DNA of 33,023 nt. Origin: Saprolegnia diclina VS20. Taxonomy: Eukaryota. The position numbers and the translations under genes were made by a program. Location: NCBI RefSeq assembly GCF_000281045.1, contig NW_008246089.1, forward strand, positions 425,792 through 458,814, written 5' to 3'. Positions 1 to 10,758 of the stretch are shown here, piece by piece (positions within the stretch are counted from its first letter, which is position 1; every line of letters starts with the position of its first letter). A model generated the notes under the pieces. It was not told the DNA's origin and searched no databases. It saw only the letters and a list, made by a program, of their open reading frames with translations.

Positions 1-3000
1 CGTCAGTGATGACGTGTAGCCCAGTGCCGACGTGATCGAGAAGGTATCGACCATGCCAATCGTCTTGTAGTTTTGCCACTGCAACTGGAACCGCGTAATG
101 CTGTAGCGACGCCAGAGAGCCACTTCGTCATCAACAGAATTGACGTTGAGTTTGAGATTCGAGAGCCACTGTTGACCACGCTGCGAAGTCTGCAGGTGCA
201 ACACAAAACCAACCTCAAACGAGACACCCCAGCAGCGGTCCCACGCGGCCCAGTCACGAACGTTGCGAAGCGGAATCTCCAAGTAGACGGCGCCATTGGC
301 CATCTGAGAGGCAACACATCGCGCTTGACGCTTGGTGGTGCTGGCCATGGCCCAATGTCGATCCAAGTCGAGCCAGCAGTACTGCGTGAACATCCACGGC
401 AGCATGCACGGGTTCATGTCTCGAAGGCCTTGCGCAAAACGAGCCAGCGGTATGCTGGTGTCCAGGATCTGACGCCGGGGAGCGTGTGCACTCCAGGCAA
501 TCGACGCCATCGAGTCATTGTAGAGCTGCGAAATGTCGGCCAGCGCGGGGCTGCTCAAGTCAAGCGTCATATTGGTTGAGATGAGAAGCTGCTGGTTGAT
601 GGCATTAGCCAAGAAGGCGTGCATGCCGGTGCTGTTGAAGCCCGTCCAGCCAAAGTCGTTGGCCAAGAAGGTTTGGGCCACCGCGAGGAAGGCGATGTTG
701 GAAGCGAGGCTGAACGTGATGTACAGAATACCACCAAGTAGAATCATTTGCTTGTATCGTAGTTGGAGCACATTGTATAGCGTCATTGTCGATGATGCCA
801 TGTCCGACAGCCGATGCAAGCCTGTCCAAGCCACGTTGCTCTTGGGTCCTGGTGTCGACGGCAGCCCAAGCAAGGACCTCGGCACCATATCCGTCTTGAC
901 AAAGACCCAGAGCTTGGTGTCAAAGGTGATACCGCGGCGCGGCATGCGAAGGACGCCGACCATGGCCGCTGTCACAACGTTGTTGGGTGCGCGCACTCGC
1001 TCCTTCCGGTTCATAAAGGCAATCGCTGCCGAGTTGAGCAAGAGCGACGGCGTCTCTTCCGCATCCCTCAATACGGTCCACAGTCGCACAACGAGGTAGC
1101 TGCCACACGCTGCAGTGACCAGCCCTGCGACGTTGGTGCAGACACGATCAAAGCGACCAATAACAATGTGGCCACTCGTACAATAGAGCACCCGGTCCAT
1201 ATTTTGAGACGAGCAGCTACGCTCCAGAGTCACCGAGACTTGGACTGGCGCCGCAATGTCCAAAACCACGAGAAAGAGCCACCCGAACACCAGACTATAC
1301 CGTGCGTAGCTCGCGGTATACGGCGACGTCAGCGGATGACCCATCTCATGGAACACAGAGAGGATCCACGTCGCTTCGCTCGACAAGAGACACGTGGCGA
1401 GCAGCGATCGGTGGCGGCCCAAATCAAACTGCGAGCCAAAGGCTGTCGCCTCGGACTGCGGCACGGCCGACGACAAACAGAGCAGCGCGGCGCCTCCACG
1501 GGCCATCAAAAGCCCGCGGTTGAGCCACGTCGCGCTCACAAGATGGCTCCAGTGTCGCCATGGCGTGTGCGATGGTCGGTGGCAGCACAACCAAAGACAA
1601 AGCAGCAAGAGTGCCAGGCTCACCAAGACCATGGTCACCGCGTTACTGCAGTACCAGAGATACGTCCCCAGACTCGATGGGAGTGCATACGGAGGCAAGG
1701 GCTTTGGTGTTGCAGCCGATGTCATGAGTGTAAAGGATGCGACGTCCCCTTCAAAGGAAACGACCTCGCGCGTCTGCATCGCCCACTCGTAAACGCTCAG
1801 CCAGCCAAACAACGCAAACGAAGCCTCGAGGAGGCGCTGCGTCTCAACCACCGGCGACGAATTGCGACCGACAAACTGCATGAGCTGCAGTGGCGGAAGC
1901 GACGACGGCGGCAATCCAAGCTCCGAGAGCGACGGAACAAGTAATACCGCAGCCTCGACAGTGCGCAGTGCTTGCACACAGCCATGCACCTCGGCGATCG
2001 GCAGAAGCGCACAGATGGAAGCGGTGGCGTTGACGTCACCAAGCATCGTCCAGGCAAAGAGACCTGCGATCGGCGACAGCGAGTACGTGAGCGCCTTTTG
2101 CGTTCCACACGAGTCGTCAAAGCTGAACGACTCTTGCACGAACGGAAGGCCGACGCCAAAGCCACACGTGGGGTTGCCGCCGTAGAAGAAAAGATTCGGG
2201 TCTTGCCATTGCAGCGGTGTCGGGTGCAGCTCTAGCGTGCCGATGGCATCCAGTGCCGACACTAGCGCTGCGCTGGACGCGAGGTGGGCCAACAAAAGCG
2301 ACCGAAACGTCTGCACGATCGAGAGCACTGCGCTCGGCACGGGGACCCAGAGCACATCAATGTTGTCGAGGGGGCCAATGTCGTTGTGCAACGCTTGAAA
2401 TGCCGGAGGTAGGGGCCAGCACACGAGGACGGCTTCAAGGAGACCTGGGCTCACGTCTCCAACAAAGGTGCTGGCGTTCTGCACGAGGCTTTGGTTGCCG
2501 CTGGGGATGTTGAGGTCCGTCTGGAGCCCGCCGTACATGTAGTCGGTGGTCCATCGGACACCGCGGCTCGCCACCGGAATGTCCTTGATCTCAAAAGCAA
2601 TGACGTGACCGAGCGCGTTCTCAATCTGAATAACGTCGTGGAGACCGATCTGGTAGGCGTTGGTGTACTGCATCACAAAGTGAGCCAGACCCGCGTCCAA
2701 CCAGAGGTGGACTTCGCTGTCCAGATCCAGCATCTGGTGCGTCGCAAGGTATGCGAGAAAGGCGGGGCCATCCGCCGACGAACCAGCGACACCGTCCCCG
2801 ATGCGCTGCGTAAACAACCCTTGCGTGACGTCGACCCACGCGTTAAAGTCAATGTTGCGCAGCACGGACTCGAGGTACACGGCGCCATTCGCGCCGTAGC
2901 GGTCGCGGCAGCGCTCTTGGCGTGCGAGTGTGTGGGCCATAGCCCAGCGCCGTTCCCAGTCGACCCAGCAGTACTGCGCACCCATCATCGCCACGTAAAC

Positions 3001-3411
3001 CAAATCGAGATGTCGTAGCCCGTCCACTGCGTCTTGGAGTGTCGTGAGCGCTTCGTACCGCAGAAAGCGCGTGTACGCACTGTTGCTGCCGACAGCGTCG
3101 TGCTTGGAGAGACCAGACGACGGTGCAAAGAGATCCAAGGTCGTTTGGCTGCTCACCTGTGGTAGCTGGAGATTGATCACATTGGCTAGAGCTAGCGCCG
3201 TCGAGTCCAACTGGAACCAGAGAAAGTCGTTGGCGAGATAGTCGGCCATCGCAACGAGCCCGCCGATCGTGGCTGCTATCGACGTGAGCACATACAGGAG
3301 GCCTGCCATCGTGCTCCATCGTGGTGTGTGCTTCTGGCTCGAGCCCGCAACGAACGACGGTGCAATGATCGCGTTGTCCGGTCCGCGAGCCGCCGGTGCG
3401 ACGCGAAACAT
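1..3411 (-). CDS. Large two-repeat multi-pass membrane protein, copy A (5' part; runs off the window's left edge)
   Basis: ATG at 3411 (MFRVAPAARGPDNAIIAPSFVAGSSQKHTPRWSTMAG...). The frame at position 3..1 (..GYTSSLT) is consistent with 1137 codons. I hand-translated 541-960 with no stop (..FDTKLWVF..LANDFGWTGFNSTG..). It is missing from the ORF track, consistent with no stop inside the window. It is the near-identical reverse complement of 21831-25369 and homologous to 16135-21372. Confidence 0.9.
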   Translation of the reverse strand, partial: MFRVAPAARGPDNAIIAPSFVAGSSQKHTPRWSTMAGLLYVLTSIAATIGGLVAMADYLANDFLWFQLDSTALALANVINLQLPQVSSQTTLDLFAPSSGLSKHDAVGSNSAYTRFLRYEALTTLQDAVDGLRHLDLVYVAMMGAQYCWVDWERRWAMAHTLARQERCRDRYGANGAVYLESVLRNIDFNAWVDVTQGLFTQRIGDGVAGSSADGPAFLAYLATHQMLDLDSEVHLWLDAGLAHFVMQYTNAYQIGLHDVIQIENALGHVIAFEIKDIPVASRGVRWTTDYMYGGLQTDLNIPSGNQSLVQNASTFVGDVSPGLLEAVLVCWPLPPAFQALHNDIGPLDNIDVLWVPVPSAVLSIVQTFRSLLLAHLASSAALVSALDAIGTLELHPTPLQWQDPNLFFYGGNPTCGFGVGLPFVQESFSFDDSCGTQKALTYSLSPIAGLFAWTMLGDVNATASICALLPIAEVHGCVQALRTVEAAVLLVPSLSELGLPPSSLPPLQLMQFVGRNSSPVVETQRLLEASFALFGWLSVYEWAMQTREVVSFEGDVASFTLMTSAATPKPLPPYALPSSLGTYLWYCSNAVTMVLVSLALLLLCLWLCCHRPSHTPWRHWSHLVSATWLNRGLLMARGGAALLCLSSAVPQSEATAFGSQFDLGRHRSLLATCLLSSEATWILSVFHEMGHPLTSPYTASYARYSLVFGWLFLVVLDIAAPVQVSVTLERSCSSQNMDRVLYCTSGHIVIGRFDRVCTNVAGLVTAACGSYLVVRLWTVLRDAEETPSLLLNSAAIAFMNRKERVRAPNNVVTAAMVGVLRMPRRGITFDTKLWVFVKTDMVPRSLLGLPSTPGPKSNVAWTGLHRLSDMASSTMTLYNVLQLRYKQMILLGGILYITFSLASNIAFLAVAQTFLANDFGWTGFNSTGMHAFLANAINQQLLISTNMTLDLSSPALADISQLYNDSMASIAWSAHAPRRQILDTSIPLARFAQGLRDMNPCMLPWMFTQYCWLDLDRHWAMASTTKRQARCVASQMANGAVYLEIPLRNVRDWAAWDRCWGVSFEVGFVLHLQTSQRGQQWLSNLKLNVNSVDDEVALWRRYSITRFQLQWQNYKTIGMVDTFSITSALGYTSSLT

Positions 3412-3589
3412 TGGTATTTGCGAAATGGACTTAGCTGAAACTGGTCAGTAGTTTCATTGGCATCGACTGGCGAGCGCGGGAAACCCCACTGGGAAGCCCA
3501 GCGTGTCAGACGCCACACGACAATTCAGACCTCGCGCGAGCTGGTCGTCCTTGCAGAATGGAGAGACGGAATAGATGAAAGATTTATGC

Positions 3590-5015
3590 TTAAAGTGGTC
3601 GTAAGAGCCAGACCCGCAGTTTGTCGAGCAGCTGAAAGAACCAGCCCCATATCGGACTCACGTACGCGAGTTGCACCCAGCTTTGGACGAAGCTCGGGAG
3701 CGTCGCCCACACCGAGTAGTGCGGGTACTTGGTCGCAAAGATGTGGCATACGAGCGAGAGCGTGTAGAGAAGAATCGACAAGTGGAACGCATGCGACGCG
3801 GTCTCATGCAGCGTCTTGAGCGAGAGCGGCGATGCGGTATGCACAGCGCTGAAAGGGCTCACGCTGCCAGTCGCGGCGGTTCGCGCCGGCTTGTGCTCGA
3901 GGAGCTTGATGAGGCAGTAGGCGATGACACTGTTGAGGAAGATCACGATGAGCGCTTCGCCGAGGTACTGCTGGTGCAAGTGCGGGTGGAACCACGGCAC
4001 ACGCTCGCCCGGTGGGAGCGGTGGCAGCGCCGTCGTCGCCGAAAAGACAAGCCCGCCGACCGAGATACCATAGATCCCCTACGCGCAACACCGAGCTATG
4101 AGCTGCAACACATATCTTCGCGCGGCCCGCAAGTTGCCGCAGTCTGTACCATGGACACAGCAAACCAAAACTGCCGGCTCTGCACGAGCTCCAAAAGCGA
4201 CGCCAAGTGCGTGCACATGTAGTGCGCCGACCCGCTGAACGCGAGCGCCAGGATCGACGAAATCGTAAACGTCCGCCGAAAGTAGACGGGCCGCGGAATG
4301 TCAGTTGCGTGCACGACGTTGCAGTACTCGATGATGCTGGCGGCGTTGGGAACTGTGTTTGTGGCGCTATCGTATCGGCGTCACGTCGTGAGAGACGGGC
4401 TCGACTTGCTACCTGAGGCGCACCGTGCCGTCCCGCGCATCGTTCTCCTTGGGCTCCAAGTACCCGAGCAGTGGCACTAGTCAGGCTGGCATCTCGCTTG
4501 CTGCAGTCGGCTCGTACCGTTCTTGATCTTGTGCTGAATGAAAAAGTCGCGGATGCGGTCGGCATCGAGGATGACAAAGTACAATGGCGACGCGTTCCGG
4601 CGACGCTCGCGATGCTGCGCATAGTGGCCGGCAGCGATCTTGAACTCGTCCTCGAGCGGCCTAATGCGCGTCATGAGCGCCAGCAGCGAGACGACGAGCG
4701 GTCACCGGCACATGTCGCACTTGTACGAGGACGCCGCCGCCTAACGCAAACCATGATGCGCCTCGGGTGGCTGCACATGCGCACCGTGACGAGCACGACG
4801 AGGCCGTAGGGTCTCGACGGCTGCAAGACGAAGCGGTGGTAGTCGTGCTGGCCCCAGTGCAGCACACGCGACGACTTGGCCGTGAGGGCCTCGAGCGCGA
4901 TGCTCTGCGGATCGTCCACGTCGAGGTGCGTCGGCGTCGCGAGCCGCGGAAGCTCGAGGAGCAGGAGGAAGCACAGCGTCCAGGACACGACGAGCGGCCA
5001 CCAGCGCCGTCCCAT
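3590..5015 (-). CDS. OST3: Oligosaccharyltransferase subunit OST3/OST6 (MagT1/TUSC3 family), 6 exons, ~392 aa
   Basis: Exons 5015-4785, 4740-4706, 4660-4518, 4476-4413, 4366-4150, 4078-3590 sum to 1179 nt, in frame. It has a signal peptide (MGRRWWPLVVSWTLCFLLLL) and a thioredoxin-like domain with CxxC (VLVTAAASSYKCDMCRPLEDEFKIAA). TM segments follow with family motifs FWFAVSM-GIYGISVGG, QYLGEALIV and IFATKYPHYS. Confidence 0.85.
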
Positions 5016-5590
5016 CGCAGCCGTTGTGGATCTGCCCGAGATTAAATAGTGTACTACATCGCAGTTACGTCGCACGGTCGCCTTCACATCCTTAGAGAAG
5101 AGCCCCTGCCAAGAAACAAGCCGAATATGGATGTAGGCGTGTGCTAGTGCAACGCAGCGTCATACGCGTGGTTGCGGCAGGGCGAGCTGGCAGGTGTCGT
5201 GGCGCGGACGTCGCTCGTGCTGCCACGTCATGAAGAGCGCTCCGACGTTTACGAGCTCATAGCGCTTGCTAACTACATAAAGAAGCATGTAGCATAGGCG
5301 AAGGTGTGGTGGTGTTCATGGCAGAGGGCTGTCATTGCGGAGACGGCCGCGAGCTGTGGCGCTACGCCGGGGACGTCGCATGCGCAGAGATCCTAAAATA
5401 GTGTGCGACAGCTATCGGTTCGGGTTTTGAACCGGTTTTTTACGAACCGCAGACGCTGATTGGTGGACAGTATTTAAAAAATCGCATCCAAGAGAAAAAA
5501 TAACTTGCATTTTGTATCAGATTCGAATGGTGTATAGGTTAATAGAATAAAGCGCGATTCCCGGGCAATATATATTACCAAAATCGTGGG

Positions 5591-8500
5591 ATGTTTGGGC
5601 GCCGCCAACCAACGCAGCCAGCGCCGGCCGCCCATGCGACGCGGAAGAGCTCGGTCCATGTACCCTCGTCTTCGTCCTCCAAGGGCGTCGAGAAGATGGG
5701 CCGCTCCTTGTCCGACTCGTTCGAGCGGCGCGGAACCGCGGTCCTCTCGCCGCGCAAGCTGCACCGGAAGAACTCGATGGACGTCCAGCCCGCGGCCACC
5801 ATCTTTGAGAACGGCGTGTACACGCACGAGGTCGTCGAGACGATTGGGTCGGACGCCTCCGACACGCCGAGCGCACCGAGCCTGCGGCAGCTCGTGCAGC
5901 AGAAGCACGTGCCCGTGGCCTTTGCCAGCTTTCCGTGGATGGAGCACGTCATTGGTCTCTACACCTTTGTCTGCGCCGACCGCCTCATCGTGTGGAACTC
6001 GCATGCGCTGAACCGCGCGCTGTCACTACCGGAAACCATCTACCTCGAGTACCCGCGCGACCTCGGCGCGTTTGCGACGCAGCATGCGCGCACGATCGTC
6101 TCGACGCATGCGACCGAGTACAGCTCGTCCAAGGTCGCCATCACAGCGACGCTCTTCACGGCCGACGGCTCGGTCGTCGTGTGGCATGACATCCAGTCCT
6201 CGACGCCGCCCTCGTACACACGATTGGCACTGCAAGACGGCGAGCACCTCGTGCATGTCTCGGGGCGGTCCTTCCCGCTCTATGGCGCAACCTCGTCCGG
6301 TCGCATCTTCGAAGTGACGCTCGAAGATCGCCGCGTGCACGCCCGCAGTCTTGCGTCGCACGCGAACGGCAGTGTCTTTTCCGGTCTCTTTCGGCTCTTC
6401 TCGTCCAAGACGCCGTCGCCGATCTTGCTCACAAAGGCGCTGCCATCGTCGTCCGAGATGCTCGTGCTGCACGTCGACTCGACGCTCGAGCGGCTCGCCA
6501 TGACGCCAAGTGGCCTGGAAGACCAGTGGCGCTTTGAGATGGCGTCGTTCATGTACAACTACTTTTCCCAACACGAACACGAAGTCCTCGGCTACGCGCG
6601 CTGCCTCGACATGCCGCTGGCGACACCGAGCTCGTTTACGATGCTCATTGGCTTCCAAGCCGCGTCCGGCGTCGTGCTCTACCTCTTTGAATTCACGGCG
6701 ACGCTCGCCGAGACGCCGCAGTTTCTCCGCTGCTTGCGCCTCGGTACGCCAGAGAGCACCGACATGGACCGTATGACGTGCCATGCGATTGACGCCAATA
6801 GCCTCTACGTCGTGACGCCGCAGGTCATCTATGCGGTCTCGATCCCGAGCGTCGGTGAGATGGCGCTCGAGCTGCTGCCGATTCCGACCTCTAGCTGGCT
6901 TGGCGCTGGCGGCCTGCGCGTGCGCGACACCAAGTCGGTCGTGTACCTCGAACTTGGTGCCGAGAGTGACGGCGACGTTCTTGACGGGACGCTGGGCCGC
7001 GTGACCAACTACAACTGGCAGCTGCCGTTGACGCCGAATGCGCCGCCGCCCAAGCGCCTCAAGACCGACCCGCGACAGCTCTTTTCAAGCTCGAACGTCG
7101 ACGAGTGGTGCACGGTGCTCTTGGAGCAGTTTCAGCAATCGTCGTGCCACTTAGAGCTCGTCGCCAAGAGCGATCAAAGCCGCCAGGCGTTCCATCGCGC
7201 GGTCTTGGCGCTCGACAGCGATATTTTGGACGCCAAGCCCTCGACGGGCCTCCGCTGGGGCCAAGACGCCCATGCGCTCACGCCGCAGCTTGTCAAGTAC
7301 CAGCTCCAGGAGAAGGCGACGCGCCACGCGTCCTTCAAGTCGTTCTTGTCGACGCACCCGGACGAGCTCGCGTCGTCGTTGCCGCCGCATGTGCGCGCCG
7401 AGCTCGACGCGCGCGACGCCAAGCTCCACGTTGCCATGACGCTCTGCGCGCTGCAAACGAGCGACGACCCGCGCCTCGAGCGCGTGCTTGGCCTCGCCAT
7501 GCAGCGCACGGTGCAGTCGCGCGGGTACACGCCCGAAGAGCTTGCGGCTTCGGGCTACTCGGCGTTCGACATGTTTTACTGCGACCTGACGCTGTTTGAC
7601 GACCTCTTTGTGCACTTGTTTGCGGACGACGAGTACGTGTGCGACCGCCTTTGCCTGCTGACGCGCCTCCTCGACGCCGCGCACACGTACGTGGCCCAGC
7701 ACGGTTTGAGCAAGGCCGTGTGGGCGGTCGCGCCGGCAGTGCGCGATACGATGCGCCGCCTCTTGCAAGCAGCCCTCGAACAGTCGAGCGACGAGGCCAA
7801 TGTGCTATTGGGCGTCGAGCTCGCGACGGCGACGCTGGTGCCGGCCATGGACGACGATGCGGCCGAGAAGTCCGCGTGGCAACAGAGCGTCGCTGTACCG
7901 CTTGTGCGCGTGGCCAAGCACGCCGAGGCGACGATGGCGCTGGTCCGCGCGCTGGACTTTTACGAAGGCATGGCGTACCTTGGCGCGACCGAGTCGAGCG
8001 TGACGAACGCGCGGTTTGCACACTTTCTCTTCCAGTGGCACGCCGGCGAGGTCGCCAACCCGTGGGCGACGACCGACGAGAGCGGCCAGCGCCTCGAAGC
8101 CCTCTTTCAAATGCCGCGTGAGCTCCTCCCGGCATTGCACACGTTCCTTCTCGTACCTACGACTCTCTATCGCAAACCTAACGGCAGTGGCCTGCGTAGA
8201 ACCATTCGACGCTCTCCAAGCACGCGTGGATCGTCGCCGTCGAGCTTGGCCAGTTCAACGAGATGGCGACGCAAGTGCTCCGCGAAGCCAAGGACGAGAC
8301 GACGTCGCTACCCACCAAGAAGACACTGGCGAGCCTCGCAAAGCTTGCCGCGTACGCCCACGACGGCAGTGTCTCGGCAGCGAGCAACCACGAGGTCAGT
8401 AGCGTTGCCTGTTAGCATCAAGCACTGAGTTTTGTTTGTAGCTGGAGCGCATTCACATTCAAGAACTCATGTGCGCGGACGACGCGAGCGTGCCCATGTC

Positions 8501-8918
8501 GCCGCACGAGCTCATTGCGTCGTGCTTGGAGCCAGTGGGCGCCGACGGCGTCAACAACGAAGAGCGCGTGCTCATGGCGCTCGATGTGGTCGACTCGCTC
8601 GTCGACGACGCCAGCGCGATGACCGAGTGCCGCGCCCGAGTCTGGCACGCCGTCTTGTCGCACGATGCGGCGGCGTATGCGTCGATGGCCGACGACGTGG
8701 TTGGTCGCCCCAATGACGTGGCAATGGAAGCGCGCATGAAGACGCTTCTGGTCCACGCGGTCGCGCGCCGGTACGGGGCGAAGCCGCGATATGCGATGGC
8801 GACGCCGGCCGTTGTCGACGCGCTCCTCGCTGAGAACGACGAGCTTTGGCCGCGGGCCGTGAACCGAACGACGGTGCGGACGCTGATTTTGCAGACATTG
8901 GCGCTCGCGACGGCGTAG
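5591..8918 (+). CDS. NUP133: Nuclear pore complex protein Nup133-like, 3 exons, ~1077 aa
   Basis: Exons 5591-8152, 8200-8394, 8442-8918 (two 47-nt GT..AG introns) splice in frame. A disordered N-terminus is followed by a beta-rich region and then a helical region. Nup133-like motifs are QLVKYQLQEKATRHASFKSFL, DMFYCDLTLFD and KKTLASLAKLAA. Confidence 0.75.
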
Positions 8919-8997
8919 ACGGCGATTCGTCGATCGTACGTGTTGCCTAAGATGATTATATACCGCTACTCCGAACTAGCTACAACCGCCTTGCTGC

Positions 8998-10567
8998 TTA
9001 TTCGCCGTCGGCTTCGGCGAGGACCGAGCTGAACGAGAGGATCATGGCGCCAAAGGCCATGACGAGGAAGCGCGCGCTCGACTCCTGGAGGAGCTCGAAA
9101 ACGAATATGCTACAGAATGCATGAGGAATATCAACGTCGGCGAACGACGTACCAGTCGGCCGCTAGGAGGAGGAGGAAGCCCATGACGCAGAGTGTTTGG
9201 GTAAAGATGTCTTCGCGGTGGCCGCCGACGCATGAGCAAGTGGCAAGGAACGCGCTGAGATCGGCGATGCCAATGCACACGGCAACGACGGTCGCATAGA
9301 TGCCCTACGTTGGTGCATTGGCAGCTGCAAAATAGTGCTCCGGAACGTACCATCGTGTCGGGCAGCTGCGTCACAACCTCGGCGGCCGCGCGCCACACGA
9401 GGCAGATCGCAATCCACTTGGAGAGCGACTTGGTACTGCGGCCATGCAGCACGAGCACGAGGCAGATGAGCGGCGGGAGCGAGTTGGTCTTGGTCAAGAT
9501 CGAAAGCACGAAGATCGACGACTCGGAGATCGCAAAGTCTAGATACAGCGCCACTTGATACCTTGATAGATAACGGTCGACGCACTCTTTTCGATTTCGG
9601 GCACAAGAACATTGGCGAGCATTGCGAGAAAGACGACGAGGAAACCCACGAAGCGGTACAGCCAGCCGCGCTGCCGCAGCGCGTCAATGACCTTGGAGAG
9701 GTTGTCGTACTCGCCGCTCGAGATGGCTTGGATCTGCTGTGCGACCGCTTCCTTGTTGAAAATGTCGTTCTCGTCGTCGGCGTCGTTGGCCGAGTCGGAT
9801 GCTGTAGCTATATGCCGAGGACGATAATGAGCAAGAGGCAAGACGCAGTGGCGTACGCTTTGAAGGAAGTCCATGGGCGACAGGTGCGTCCGCAAAGATG
9901 TTTTCGACCACCTCTTGGACCGTGGGCACCTCGTGGACCGGAGCTGGCGTCGCTTTGACAGGCGTCTCCACCTGCGGCGCCGATACCTCAACAGGCGCGA
10001 CGGGCTTGGACTCTTCCGATACGACCGATGCGTTGAGGACTACCGAGGCCTCCGAGGCCGCTGGTGTCTCAACCGGCGCGCGCTTCTTGCGCTCGCGATG
10101 CACCGAGTTGCCACGCGACTTGGAGCGCCCACGAGGCGACGTGACAGGATCTTTCTTGGAGACGCTGCGGCTACGTGCGCGCGACGGACTCTTGGACTTG
10201 GCACTCCGGGATCGGCCACGAGGCTTAGGCTCCGCCTGAAGCTGGCTTTCCGCCTCGGCCGAGCCCTCGCTGGGCGTGCTCGTGTCCTTGGCATCCTTCA
10301 TCATGCGCTCTAGACACGGCCATGAGTGTTTTCAGTAGCGCGCATGGCATGCAGGTACCGTAGGCGCGGATGTGCTCAAAGTGGCCGTCCTGGCGAAGGT
10401 CGATGCGGCTTTCCCTACGTCGCCATCATGGTCATGCTGCATGTCCTTCGGCGCCGCTCGACGTACCACGTGTCATGCTCGGGGCCATGGCCTTCCCAGC
10501 GGACGAGGTAATGGACGCGGCCGCGCTCTGTCTTGCGGCCCATGATGCGCTCGATCGAAGTCGCCAT
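8998..10567 (-). CDS. Chromodomain + RS-rich linker + ~6 transmembrane helix protein, 7 exons, ~427 aa
   Basis: Exons 10567-10467, 10414-10359, 10309-9857, 9807-9586, 9538-9351, 9304-9153, 9109-8998 sum to 1284 nt, in frame, with introns of 43-52 nt. The spliced chromodomain is IERIMGRKTERGRVHYLVRWEGHGPEHDTWESRIDL. The RS/basic region is PRGRSRSAKSKSPSRARSRS. C-terminal hydrophobic helices follow. In-frame upstream ATGs (10615, 10630) are possible alternative starts. Confidence 0.8.
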
Positions 10568-10727
10568 GCTGCGATGATGTCGTTCCCACCAAGTATGGAG
10601 GACGTTGGTCGGCATTAGGACGGCGGTCATTTTTATTCCATCTCATACAAACAACAAGCTTACACAAATATTTTTATTCAAGCGCCCACCACGTGGATGG
10701 TTTTACGTTATCCGGTTATATCCGGAT

Positions 10728-10758
10728 AAAAAACGCGCGGGCTTTCCGCGCGCTTTTA
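10728..10758. repeat. Short imperfect palindrome (AAAA-CGCGCGG-gcttt-CCGCGCG-cTTTT) in the chromo-TM gene promoter region
   Basis: Seen directly. It lies next to the tatccggttatatccggata dyad in the AT-richer stretch ~150 nt upstream of the ATG. Function unknown. Confidence 0.4.

Noticed and set aside
73..3018. Several plus-strand ORFs (73-579, 533-1099, 814-1944, 2491-3018) and their mirror ORFs at 22275-23957
   Set aside because: They are antisense shadows of the membrane-protein genes and recur only because the genes are duplicated.
8153..8428. C-terminus of the 945-aa ORF as the real Nup133 end
   Set aside because: It is read-through of a 47-nt intron. Splicing restores the Nup133-like KKTLASLAKLA motif and joins the 8442-8918 exon.
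10359..10567. Chromodomain as a chromovirus integrase remnant
   Set aside because: It is N-terminal, interrupted by introns and spliced in frame to a cellular-type TM protein, with no integrase, RT or LTR nearby.
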